In this document: piece after piece, positions 1 to 8,133 of the stretch
Layout of the letters: each line of letters starts with the position of its first letter
Numbering within the stretch: the first letter of the stretch is position 1
Source of the DNA: Clostridia bacterium
GTDB lineage: Bacteria; Bacillota; Clostridia; UMGS1840
Length of the DNA stretch: 32,000 bases
Reading direction: 5' to 3'
Assembly (NCBI GenBank): GCA_045656345.1
Contig: JAZOQZ010000002.1
Location: 16,260-48,259 of the forward strand
Made by a program: the position numbers and the translations under genes
The notes under the pieces: model-generated
Seen by the model: only the letters and a program-made list of their open reading frames with translations
The model's database searches: none
Told to the model about the DNA's origin: nothing

Positions 1-1
1 C

Positions 2-475
2 GGTTACGATGATTTGCCCGAAATTTTCGCGGAGTACGAAAAACTGGCAGAAGAAATCATCAAAAGAGAAAAAAGTGGCGAAAACCGTTTTAATTTCTTC
101 CACTTTATGATTGATTTGGATAACGGCCCCTGTGCACTTCGCCGTATTTCAGGATGTGGTGCAGGCTGCGAATATGCAGCGGTTACCCCCTCGGGAGACA
201 TTTTCCCTTGTCATCAGTTTGCAGATGAACCTGAATATAAAATCGGGAACGTGTTGGACGGCACCTATGAAATGCCCGAAGCTTTCCGCGACCGTGACAT
301 CTACACCGTAAAAGGTTGCGATTCCTGTTTTGCAAAATTCTATTGCAGCGCAGGTTGCAGCGCAAGTTCTTTAAAATACGAAAAAGATTTATACAAACCT
401 TATGATATCGCTTGTCAGATGCAGAAAAAGCGTGTGGAATGTGCCATCGCAATCAAAGCGGCACTGGCAGAATAA
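2..475 (+). CDS. radical SAM/SPASM-domain maturase-type enzyme, C-terminal part (5' end lies outside the window); SCIFF-maturase/anaerobic-sulfatase-maturase-like
   Basis: The frame is open from the window edge, so the TTG at 14 is only the ORF-track start. Cys-rich SPASM pattern: CALRRISGCGAGCEY..GDIFPCHQF..GCDSCFAKFYCSAGCSAS..DIACQMQKKRVEC. Confidence 0.8.
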   Translation, partial: GYDDLPEIFAEYEKLAEEIIKREKSGENRFNFFHFMIDLDNGPCALRRISGCGAGCEYAAVTPSGDIFPCHQFADEPEYKIGNVLDGTYEMPEAFRDRDIYTVKGCDSCFAKFYCSAGCSASSLKYEKDLYKPYDIACQMQKKRVECAIAIKAALAE

Positions 476-487
476 GGGGTTGATACT

Positions 488-1048
488 ATGATTATCGGTG
501 TTTACGGCAGAATCGGAAGTGGAAAAACCACCTTCTGCAATTATCTTCGGACCAAAGGATTTTATGTGATTAACGGCGATAAAATCAGCCGTGAAATCTT
601 AATGCCTCAAAAAAAAGGACTCACTCAGGTGATAGAAGCTTTTGGATGCGAATATTTGAATGCAGACGGCACCTTAAACCGAAAAAAACTGGGAGAACAT
701 GTGTTTTCCCATCCTGAAGCATTAAAGCGTTTAAACGCCATTACACACCCGCTCATTACTGCCGAGGTGAAATCACAGATTGACGCACATCCCCGCACTC
801 ATATCGTGATAGAAGGTGCAGTGCTTTATGCCACCGATATTGTGAAATTGTGCGATAAAACCGTGGTCACAAAAAGTGATGCCACATTAAAGCGGATTAT
901 GGCAAGAGACTTTCTCACCGAGGAAGAGGCACTCTCCAGAATCAACGCTCAGGAAATTTATGAGCAGGCGGATTTCATCATAGAAAACAACGGAACTCTT
1001 CCCGAGTTCTACCAAAAAATTGACAGGATGTTAGACGGCATTCTGTAA
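488..1048 (+). CDS. coaE: dephospho-CoA kinase
   Basis: 186 aa with N-terminal P-loop IGVYGRIGSGKTT. Size and the ..ITHPLI.. motif are typical of CoaE. RBS AAGGGG lies upstream. Confidence 0.85.
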   Translation: MIIGVYGRIGSGKTTFCNYLRTKGFYVINGDKISREILMPQKKGLTQVIEAFGCEYLNADGTLNRKKLGEHVFSHPEALKRLNAITHPLITAEVKSQIDAHPRTHIVIEGAVLYATDIVKLCDKTVVTKSDATLKRIMARDFLTEEEALSRINAQEIYEQADFIIENNGTLPEFYQKIDRMLDGIL

Positions 1049-1067
1049 GAAAGAGAAGTGGGAAACA

Positions 1068-2420
1068 ATGAAAAAAGAACATTTGTTTAAAAAACATAAA
1101 GGAACCGACTATCAGGCGAAAGCGGAAGCGTTCTCCGAAGGTTACAAAGATTTTTTAACCTTTGCTAAAACCGAACGTCTCTGTGTGGAATATTTTGAAG
1201 CCAAAGCTAAAGAAAACGGTTTTTCTGCTATTGCAGACAAAACCGTTTTAAAAGCAGGGGACAGAGTTTATTATATCAATAAAAACCGTTCTGCTGTGTT
1301 TGCAGTGATCGGAGAAGAGGATTTGGAAGCAGGCATCAACTTGGTTGCCGCACATATTGATTCCCCCCGTCTGGACTTAAAACCTGCACCGGTTACCGAA
1401 GAAGGTGGCTTTTCCTATCTTCGCACCCATTACTACGGCGGCATCAAAAAATATCAGTGGGTGGCAACGCCTTTAGCCCTTTACGGCGTGGTGGTAAAGA
1501 AAAACGGTGAAACCGTGAAAATTGCCATTGGTGACAACGAAAATGACCCTATCTTCATGATTACCGACTTATTGCCTCACTTGGCATCCAAGCAGATGAC
1601 TCAGAAAATGACCGAAGGGATTCCCGGAGAAAAACTGATGGTGTTATCCGGTTCCAATCCTGATTTTGATGCAGAAAGCGATGAAGTGAAAACTGCATTA
1701 TTAAAAATTTTAGAAGAAAAATATCAGATTACTGAAGAAGATTTCTATTCTGCGGAAATCGAAGTGGTACCTGCAGGCGCTGCCCGTGATTTAGGGTTTG
1801 ACCGCAGTATGGTGGCATCCTACGGTCACGATGACAGAGTGTGTGCCTACACCGCTTTCGAAGGTCTTCTGGAAGTGAAAGCGCCTAAGAAAACTGCTGT
1901 TGTGTTGTTAGCTGACCGTGAAGAAGTGGGAAGTATGGGCAATTCCGGTATGCAGTCCCGTTTCCTGGAATACTTTTTAGAAGAGTTAAAACCCAATGTC
2001 CGCATCAATAAAGTGATGGCAAACACCGTTTGTCTTTCCTCCGATGTGGCGGCAGCGTATGATCCCATGTATGCCGATGTGTACGAAAAACAGAATTCCC
2101 CCATCTTCGGATGCGGCTTAACCTTGCTTCGTTACACCGGTTCCCGCGGAAAAGGCGGCTCTTCTGAAGCCAGCGCCGAACTGGTTGCTCGCCTCCGCAA
2201 ACTCTTTGACGAAAACGATATTGCCTTCCAGTTTGCCGAACTTGGTAAAGTGGATGAAGGCGGCGGCGGAACCGTTGCTCAGTATATCGCCAACTTGGGT
2301 GCCGATGTTATTGACGCCGGCGTAGCACTTTTGTCTATGCATGCACCTTATGAAATTGCACACAAGGCTGATATCTACGAGGCTTATCGTTCCTATATTG
2401 CATTTATGGGGGCTCGATAA
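1068..2420 (+). CDS. M18-family aminopeptidase (aspartyl aminopeptidase/aminopeptidase 1-like)
   Basis: 450 aa with motifs AAHIDSPRLDLKP, GHDDRVC, ADREEVGS and SMHAPYE, characteristic of M18 metallo-aminopeptidases. Confidence 0.85.
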   Translation: MKKEHLFKKHKGTDYQAKAEAFSEGYKDFLTFAKTERLCVEYFEAKAKENGFSAIADKTVLKAGDRVYYINKNRSAVFAVIGEEDLEAGINLVAAHIDSPRLDLKPAPVTEEGGFSYLRTHYYGGIKKYQWVATPLALYGVVVKKNGETVKIAIGDNENDPIFMITDLLPHLASKQMTQKMTEGIPGEKLMVLSGSNPDFDAESDEVKTALLKILEEKYQITEEDFYSAEIEVVPAGAARDLGFDRSMVASYGHDDRVCAYTAFEGLLEVKAPKKTAVVLLADREEVGSMGNSGMQSRFLEYFLEELKPNVRINKVMANTVCLSSDVAAAYDPMYADVYEKQNSPIFGCGLTLLRYTGSRGKGGSSEASAELVARLRKLFDENDIAFQFAELGKVDEGGGGTVAQYIANLGADVIDAGVALLSMHAPYEIAHKADIYEAYRSYIAFMGAR

Positions 2421-2445
2421 ACAGCGCCAAATGGGTTAACTTCAC

Positions 2446-2492
2446 CACTCGGCGTACACAATGTACGCCTTCGGGTAACCCCTGCGGGTTCA
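2446..2492. repeat. REP-like imperfect palindromic unit, copy A (core CTCGGCGTACACAATGTACGCCTTCGGG plus a second small hairpin AACCC..GGGTT)
   Basis: 23 of 28 core positions match copy B at 18147-18174, and a related core occurs at 25027-25049. It lies just downstream of the M18 gene stop. Confidence 0.55.
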
Positions 2493-2607
2493 GTTTCCCC
2501 ATTTTGCATCTGTTTCTCATCGCCCAAGGTTAGAGCTTGAGAAATGGAACAGGTAAAAAAATTGGTAAAACAGACATTTTCCGAAAAATCGGAGAAGGGA
2601 AAACTCT

Positions 2608-3492
2608 ATGACAAGATCAGGTTTCGTTGCTCTGGTGGGGCGCCCCAATACGGGAAAATCCACCTTACTTAACAGCATTATCGGAGAAAAAGTGGCAATC
2701 GTGTCCTATCGCTCCCAGACCACCCGTAATCGGATTGTGGGCATTTTAACCCAGGGAGACGACCAGATTGTGTTCACCGACACGCCCGGCATTCACACTC
2801 CCAAAACCCGTTTAGGAGAAGAAATGATGTCTGCGGCAAACGGTGCGGTGGCAGATTGCGACCTGACCGTTTTAGTGGCAGAGCCCCGTTTTCCCGGTGA
2901 TATTGAGAAAAAAATTATTGAAAATTTCAAGAAAAATAATATTCCTGCCATTTTAGTCTTAAATAAAATTGACACCATTCCCAAGGAAAAATTGCTTCCC
3001 GTGATTTTAGAATATTCCAAACTCTATGATTTTATTGAAGTGATTCCTGTTTCTGCCTTAAAACGGGACGGTATTGATTTATTAATCAGCATTTTAAAAG
3101 ACCATCTCATTGAAGGTCCCTTCTTCTATCCTGAGGATATGAAGACCGATACCGACCCTCGTATGCAGATTTGCGAAATCATCCGTGAGAAACTCTTAAA
3201 ACTGTTGAATGAAGAAATTCCTCACGGTTTAGCATTGGAAACCGTGCAGATGGAGGAAACCAAAAACCTCTTGAAATGCGGTGTGAACATTTACTGTGAG
3301 CGTGATGGTCACAAGCGGATTATTATTGGCAAAGAGGGAGCATTCCTCAAAAAAATCGGCACGATGGCAAGAGAAGAGCTGGAGAAAAAATACGGAAAAA
3401 AAGTTCACTTAGAGCTTTGGGTGAAAGTAAACCGTGACTGGCGAAACAATATTTATAAAATCCGCACCTTCGGACTTTCCGATGTGGAATAA
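2608..3492 (+). CDS. era: GTPase Era
   Basis: G1 GRPNTGKST, G3 DTPG, G4 NKID and a C-terminal KH-type region (..GKEGAFLKKIG..). 294 aa. Confidence 0.95.
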   Translation: MTRSGFVALVGRPNTGKSTLLNSIIGEKVAIVSYRSQTTRNRIVGILTQGDDQIVFTDTPGIHTPKTRLGEEMMSAANGAVADCDLTVLVAEPRFPGDIEKKIIENFKKNNIPAILVLNKIDTIPKEKLLPVILEYSKLYDFIEVIPVSALKRDGIDLLISILKDHLIEGPFFYPEDMKTDTDPRMQICEIIREKLLKLLNEEIPHGLALETVQMEETKNLLKCGVNIYCERDGHKRIIIGKEGAFLKKIGTMAREELEKKYGKKVHLELWVKVNRDWRNNIYKIRTFGLSDVE

Positions 3493-3503
3493 AAGGAATA
3501 CTT

Positions 3504-4052
3504 ATGAATTTAGTTGACATTATTATGATTGGCATCGGTCTTAGTATGGATGCTGTTGCCGTGTCCCTAACCAACGGTATGGCTTATCGGATGGGGCAGG
3601 ATAAAAAGTTTATGATGCCTGTGTTTTTCGGTATCTTTCAGGGATTGATGCCCTTATTGGGATATTTCACAGGTGGTATTTTCTCCCAGTGGATTACTCA
3701 GTATTCAGGTCTCATTATCTTTCTGATTTTAGGATTTTTAGGCGCTAAAATGCTAAAAGAAGGATTATCTCACGAAAAGGTCGAAAAAAAAGAACCCACC
3801 GTGATGACATACGGGGTTCTTTTCGTGCAGGCGATTGCTACCAGTATTGATGCATTTGCTGTGGGAATTGCATTCTGCACCACCTGTGTTTCCATTTGGT
3901 TTTCGGCGTCAATTATTTGTCTGACCACTTTTATATGCAGCTTTATTGCAGTGTTGCTGGGAAAAAAATTCGGCGAAATGCTTGGCAAAAAAGCAGAAGC
4001 ACTAGGAGGATCTATTTTGATTCTTCTTGCCCTGAAGGCTCTTCTGTTCTGA
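3504..4052 (+). CDS. mntP: manganese efflux pump MntP family protein
   Basis: 182-aa polytopic membrane protein. It has the duplicated SMDAVAVS / SIDAFAVG motifs typical of MntP (DUF204). Confidence 0.85.
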   Translation: MNLVDIIMIGIGLSMDAVAVSLTNGMAYRMGQDKKFMMPVFFGIFQGLMPLLGYFTGGIFSQWITQYSGLIIFLILGFLGAKMLKEGLSHEKVEKKEPTVMTYGVLFVQAIATSIDAFAVGIAFCTTCVSIWFSASIICLTTFICSFIAVLLGKKFGEMLGKKAEALGGSILILLALKALLF

Positions 4053-4649
4053 TTTTTTAGCCTTTTTCTCTGCTTTTTCTTTCTTTTTTTCTTTTTCTTT
4101 TATGGCGTCTTGTTGAGATAACAGCAAGTGTTTCGGTGTGCATAACACGCTGAGGACGGCAAGTCCCACGGTGCCGATTGCGGTGATGAAAGAAACGGTT
4201 GTTCCTGCAATCATCACGGCAAACACCTTGTTCATCTTAGGAAGCAATGTGTAGAAAATGGACTGTCCCAGCAGGTCATGAGGGATAGAATTTCTGAAAA
4301 TAATCGTGAATAAAATATGGCAAAATGCCTCTAATAAGAAGATTTCACCCGTTACCAGGAACCAGTTCCCGGTGCGGGTTTCTTTTTTTAATTGTTCTCC
4401 CACAAAGGTGGAAATGAAAATTGCTCCCAGCATAAACCAGGCATAGGAAGGACCAAACACAAAACAGGCCAGGCACAAAAAGGTTACGATGGCAGTCAGA
4501 ATTCCGCCGGTGGAACCAAGCAGTGCAGTCACATAAACTGTTCCGGTGTGGTATGCCAAAAAGGGCAGCCTCAGAAAGTAAGCTGCCCCGAATAACCCTA
4601 AATTCATCAGAATTCCAAGATAAATCAAGCGAACAGGTCGTTTGTCCAT
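4002..4649 (-). CDS. hypothetical polytopic membrane protein with a Lys/Glu-rich C-terminal tail
   Basis: 215-aa ORF with AGGAG 10 nt upstream of the ATG and about 6 hydrophobic segments. I recognise no family. Its 3' end overlaps the mntP 3' end by 51 bp (convergent). Confidence 0.6.
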   Translation of the reverse strand: MDKRPVRLIYLGILMNLGLFGAAYFLRLPFLAYHTGTVYVTALLGSTGGILTAIVTFLCLACFVFGPSYAWFMLGAIFISTFVGEQLKKETRTGNWFLVTGEIFLLEAFCHILFTIIFRNSIPHDLLGQSIFYTLLPKMNKVFAVMIAGTTVSFITAIGTVGLAVLSVLCTPKHLLLSQQDAIKEKEKKKEKAEKKAKKSEQKSLQGKKNQNRSS

Positions 4650-4673
4650 AGCGAAATAACTCCTGATAAGAGA

Positions 4674-6740
4674 TTATTTTTCATAAAAAATTTGATTGGA
4701 AACAATTTCATAGGTCATTTGTGTTTTGCTGTAATGAATTCTTAAAAATTCGGTGGGCGTTTCCAGAAGACCTTCCGGTTCACACTGGTCGTATGCCACC
4801 GAAATTACCCGCACACCGTCTTTTAGGGATTTTAATTCTGTCTTTTCTCCACGATGCAGCACCAGGATGTTTTTTCCTTGATAAGCGGCTTCTGAAATCA
4901 TGGAGAAAAACAGATCTTCTTCTTGCTGTCTGGAAAAGGAAATCGGATCTTCCAGGCAGATGATGATGTTATTCTTTTCTGTCTTTAAGGTATCTGAAAA
5001 ACGATTCCATTCGGTCATTCTCTTATTTAAAATCTGCCCTTCTAGGTTGTCTAATGTCACGATTTCAATGTAGTCATTTTCAATTCGCTCACTTTGAAAC
5101 GGATACAGCGTCCGACCGGATTTTTTTAAGATATTGGAGGTGATCAGATGATCCCAGATGGTTTCGTATTTCACTCGTCCACCGTAAATATTCAAGGTTT
5201 CGGGAAGCCCCTGATTGTCAGCCATAGCATCCAAGACGGGAAGTTTATCCACCAAAGTAAGATTTTTGCCGTTTTTGTATTCTTTCTCGCTGACGGATTG
5301 TTTGTAGCCGTGGGAATTTGCAGCCAGATAGCTGCCATCTTTTTGTTTCTGCACATATTCGGCAGGAGTAACCACAGTGATTTCACAGGTTGCCGAAATT
5401 CCTTCATAGGTGATAATTACGGTTTCTTTTTCCACCGATTCACCATAGTAAAAACCGTTTTCCAACCGTCCCAGGCCGTTTTGTAAGGAAAACTTCACCT
5501 TTGCAGGATTTACCTCCATGGGATTCCCGTTTTCATCGTAGACGGTATAGTTGATTTTTTTGGGAATATTGCGGAAAACCACAGCATCTTCCGTGTGGAT
5601 TCCGTATGCTTTCGGAGATTCATTCTGTGTCAGGATCCCAACGCCGTTGGCAACCGAACGCTCATATCCGGAAGCCAGCGGATGGATATACTCAAGTTCT
5701 CCTGTTACATTGTTTTTCACAGCACACTGCGTGGAGCCGCCGCCGTCTAATGCCACGGCATAGTAGGCGCCCTGTGCTTTGCATAATTCCGCCATTCGTT
5801 TTAAGGTCAGATTATTCTGATTCACCACTGTAATCATCCACAGGGTTTTTCCGTCTTGGGAAATGCCGATGGCAGAGAAAGAGGAGGAGGTTTTGGGGTA
5901 GGACATCTGGTCCACGATTTCCCCTTCCTGCACCAGCAGAGAACCGCCACCCACAGTGAAATCAGGCAAAAATTCCAGCTCAGGTGTGGTGAGGATTTCC
6001 AGCGAAACTTCGTCTCCTACCTGCACCTGATCAAATAATGTGGTCAAATCGGATAATCCTGCCAGCACAAAACCGTTCTCGGGAATTTTAACAGGAGGCA
6101 TATCGCGACGGATTTCAGTTAAAATGTTATCTTCAATCACCAATTCCACCAGAGTGCCGTGAGAACCCAGGGATTCTTTTCCCCAGTGGCTGTCGTAAAT
6201 GGCAACACCCTCCAGGGAGGAATATTTATTGTAGGTTTTTACAAATTCAAACACTTCATCACGGAATCCGATTTTAATCTGATTGGAGAAAATATCAAAG
6301 GAATACTGATGGTCATCCTTGTAGGAGAAGGAATACACCTTCTCTTCCAGAGCGTTGGAGAGAAGTTCTCCGTCCTTCTGATTGTAACCCACTGCAGAAC
6401 CTTCGTTGGCTTTGTCGGAACGGTTGAAATAGTCTGCATTGATTACAACTGCCGCTTTGTTGTCTTCCCCGATGTTACGGGTTGGTTTTAAGGTTCCTGC
6501 CCCTTCGGAGGGATACAAAAGGTCTAAGGAAATATTGGGATTGGTCAAATCGCAGGTCACCACCTGATAGTTGAAAAATCCACCGTTTTCAATGGTGGAA
6601 ACTGTGGTTACCAAAACACCGTTAAGGGGACTGTATGTAGTTTCCTCGTGATAGTTGTCACCTGCAAATGCGCTCAGCGTAATGAGCTGTATCAATATCA
6701 GAATGAGAGCAATTGCTCTTGGAATCACAGAATGTTTCAA
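4674..6740 (-). CDS. secreted phosphodiester glycosidase family protein (DUF2233/NAGPA-like) with extra C-terminal domains
   Basis: Hallmark motifs VVINADYFN and AVALDGGGSTQ. I place the start at TTG 6740 (AAAGGAGA 9 nt upstream), giving the signal-peptide-like N-terminus LKHSVIPRAIALILILIQLITLSAFA. The ORF-track start at 6905 lies upstream of the predicted promoter. Confidence 0.8.
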   Translation of the reverse strand: MKHSVIPRAIALILILIQLITLSAFAGDNYHEETTYSPLNGVLVTTVSTIENGGFFNYQVVTCDLTNPNISLDLLYPSEGAGTLKPTRNIGEDNKAAVVINADYFNRSDKANEGSAVGYNQKDGELLSNALEEKVYSFSYKDDHQYSFDIFSNQIKIGFRDEVFEFVKTYNKYSSLEGVAIYDSHWGKESLGSHGTLVELVIEDNILTEIRRDMPPVKIPENGFVLAGLSDLTTLFDQVQVGDEVSLEILTTPELEFLPDFTVGGGSLLVQEGEIVDQMSYPKTSSSFSAIGISQDGKTLWMITVVNQNNLTLKRMAELCKAQGAYYAVALDGGGSTQCAVKNNVTGELEYIHPLASGYERSVANGVGILTQNESPKAYGIHTEDAVVFRNIPKKINYTVYDENGNPMEVNPAKVKFSLQNGLGRLENGFYYGESVEKETVIITYEGISATCEITVVTPAEYVQKQKDGSYLAANSHGYKQSVSEKEYKNGKNLTLVDKLPVLDAMADNQGLPETLNIYGGRVKYETIWDHLITSNILKKSGRTLYPFQSERIENDYIEIVTLDNLEGQILNKRMTEWNRFSDTLKTEKNNIIICLEDPISFSRQQEEDLFFSMISEAAYQGKNILVLHRGEKTELKSLKDGVRVISVAYDQCEPEGLLETPTEFLRIHYSKTQMTYEIVSNQIFYEK

Positions 6741-6852
6741 TAGAATTCGTCTCCTTTCGTTAGGCTTTTTCAATTGTTTCGACGAATTTGTGACAAAAAG
6801 GTTCGTTTTGTTTTGGATGAGGGAACCCCTATGGGAATCATCCGTTGGATTC

Positions 6853-6881
6853 ATTATAATATGGATTGCATACTTCGTCAA
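6853..6881 (-). promoter_or_regulatory. sigma-A-type promoter for the phosphodiester glycosidase gene
   Basis: Minus strand reads TTGACG, 17 nt, TATAAT. Confidence 0.6.
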
Positions 6882-6954
6882 TCTTTTTTTGGAAGATTGA
6901 GCCAAAAATCACAAGTTTTTCATAATTATTTTTTACAATATTTCCGAAAATAAC

Positions 6955-6983
6955 TTGACGAAACTGTAAAAATACAGTAAAAT
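6955..6983 (+). promoter_or_regulatory. sigma-A-type promoter for the SLH protein gene
   Basis: TTGACG, 17 nt, TAAAAT, about 60 nt upstream of the TTG start at 7044. Confidence 0.55.
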
Positions 6984-7043
6984 ATAAGGTATAGGAGAAT
7001 TAGATTCTCTTTTCATTTTTCAGAAGAAGGAGATGGCAAAGTT

Positions 7044-8096
7044 TTGAAACGTCTGATTGCTGTTCTGATGGCTGTTGTAATGTTGTTATTACAAAGCTCT
7101 GTTTGCTTTGCCAGAGAGGTTTCCACTTACGATGTGCTGTTAAATATGGATCCTGAGCTGATTGACCGTTTTTCAGAAGGCGGTTTGTCGGAAGAAATGA
7201 TCCGTTCCTTTATGGGCGTTTTGGATGACGAGGCAGACAAGCTCCAAAAGCCGGAAGACAGAGAAACTTTGGAAAACTATTTTCTTACCCTTTTGCTTTT
7301 GTATATTTTCCAGCAGGAAAAATATTTGCCTGTGATGGTTGCGTTTGATCAGGAGTTTCAGGAAGAAGTTGCTTATATTGCTGAAACGGGACGTGTACCT
7401 GAGAGTATGGAAATCTTCTTTTTATCCGTGATGGGGAACAACCTCGCATACGTTCCGCCGCAGGAGGAAGATTTTATTGATCCCGGACCCGAACTTACCG
7501 AGGAACCGGAACCCACACCCACTCCCACCCCGATTCCAACTCCTGAACCGCCCTTTTGGGATCTGGAAGGATACGATTGGGTAATTCCTTCGGTGGAGTA
7601 TTTAAAAAACGAGGGATATATCAGCGGTTATCCGGACGGCAGTTTCCGACCGGACCAACCTATCACCCGAGGGGAACTTTGTGTATTGGTAACGAAAGCG
7701 TTCTTAGATGAGGCCTACCGTTATGACACCAGCCGATATCCGGATGTTTGCCCATCTGATTGGTTTCATAAACAGCTATTGACGGCAGAATATTTTTCGT
7801 TATTCCAATGGATTTATGAAGATGAATTTTGTGCGGATGAGTATGTAACCCGACAGGAAATGTGTGCGGTGATTTACCGTGCTTACCGACGCAACGAAGC
7901 GGATCTTGCCCGGGTGAATCCCCGTTATGAATTTCTGGACTTTTCGCAGATTGCCAATTATGCTTATGACCCGATTCAACGGCTTCAGCAGGCAGGTTGC
8001 ATCAGCGGATATGAAAGCGGTGAATTTCTGCCGTTAAAACTTGCCACCCGTGCTGAAGTGGCAAGGGTGGTAGTCTCCGTGATACAACTCCGATAA
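7044..8096 (+). CDS. secreted SLH-domain cell-wall-anchored protein
   Basis: TTG start with AAGGAG upstream, then a signal peptide (MKRLIAVLMAVVMLLLQSSVCFA). A Pro/Thr/Glu linker (EPEPTPTPTPIPTPEPP) precedes three C-terminal SLH repeats (..YISGYPDGSFRPDQPITRGEL.. and ..CISGYESGEFLPLKLATRAEV..). Confidence 0.85.
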   Translation: MKRLIAVLMAVVMLLLQSSVCFAREVSTYDVLLNMDPELIDRFSEGGLSEEMIRSFMGVLDDEADKLQKPEDRETLENYFLTLLLLYIFQQEKYLPVMVAFDQEFQEEVAYIAETGRVPESMEIFFLSVMGNNLAYVPPQEEDFIDPGPELTEEPEPTPTPTPIPTPEPPFWDLEGYDWVIPSVEYLKNEGYISGYPDGSFRPDQPITRGELCVLVTKAFLDEAYRYDTSRYPDVCPSDWFHKQLLTAEYFSLFQWIYEDEFCADEYVTRQEMCAVIYRAYRRNEADLARVNPRYEFLDFSQIANYAYDPIQRLQQAGCISGYESGEFLPLKLATRAEVARVVVSVIQLR

Positions 8097-8133
8097 CAGT
8101 TTTTGAATTGTGTAGAAAGGGACGAATGTACAT

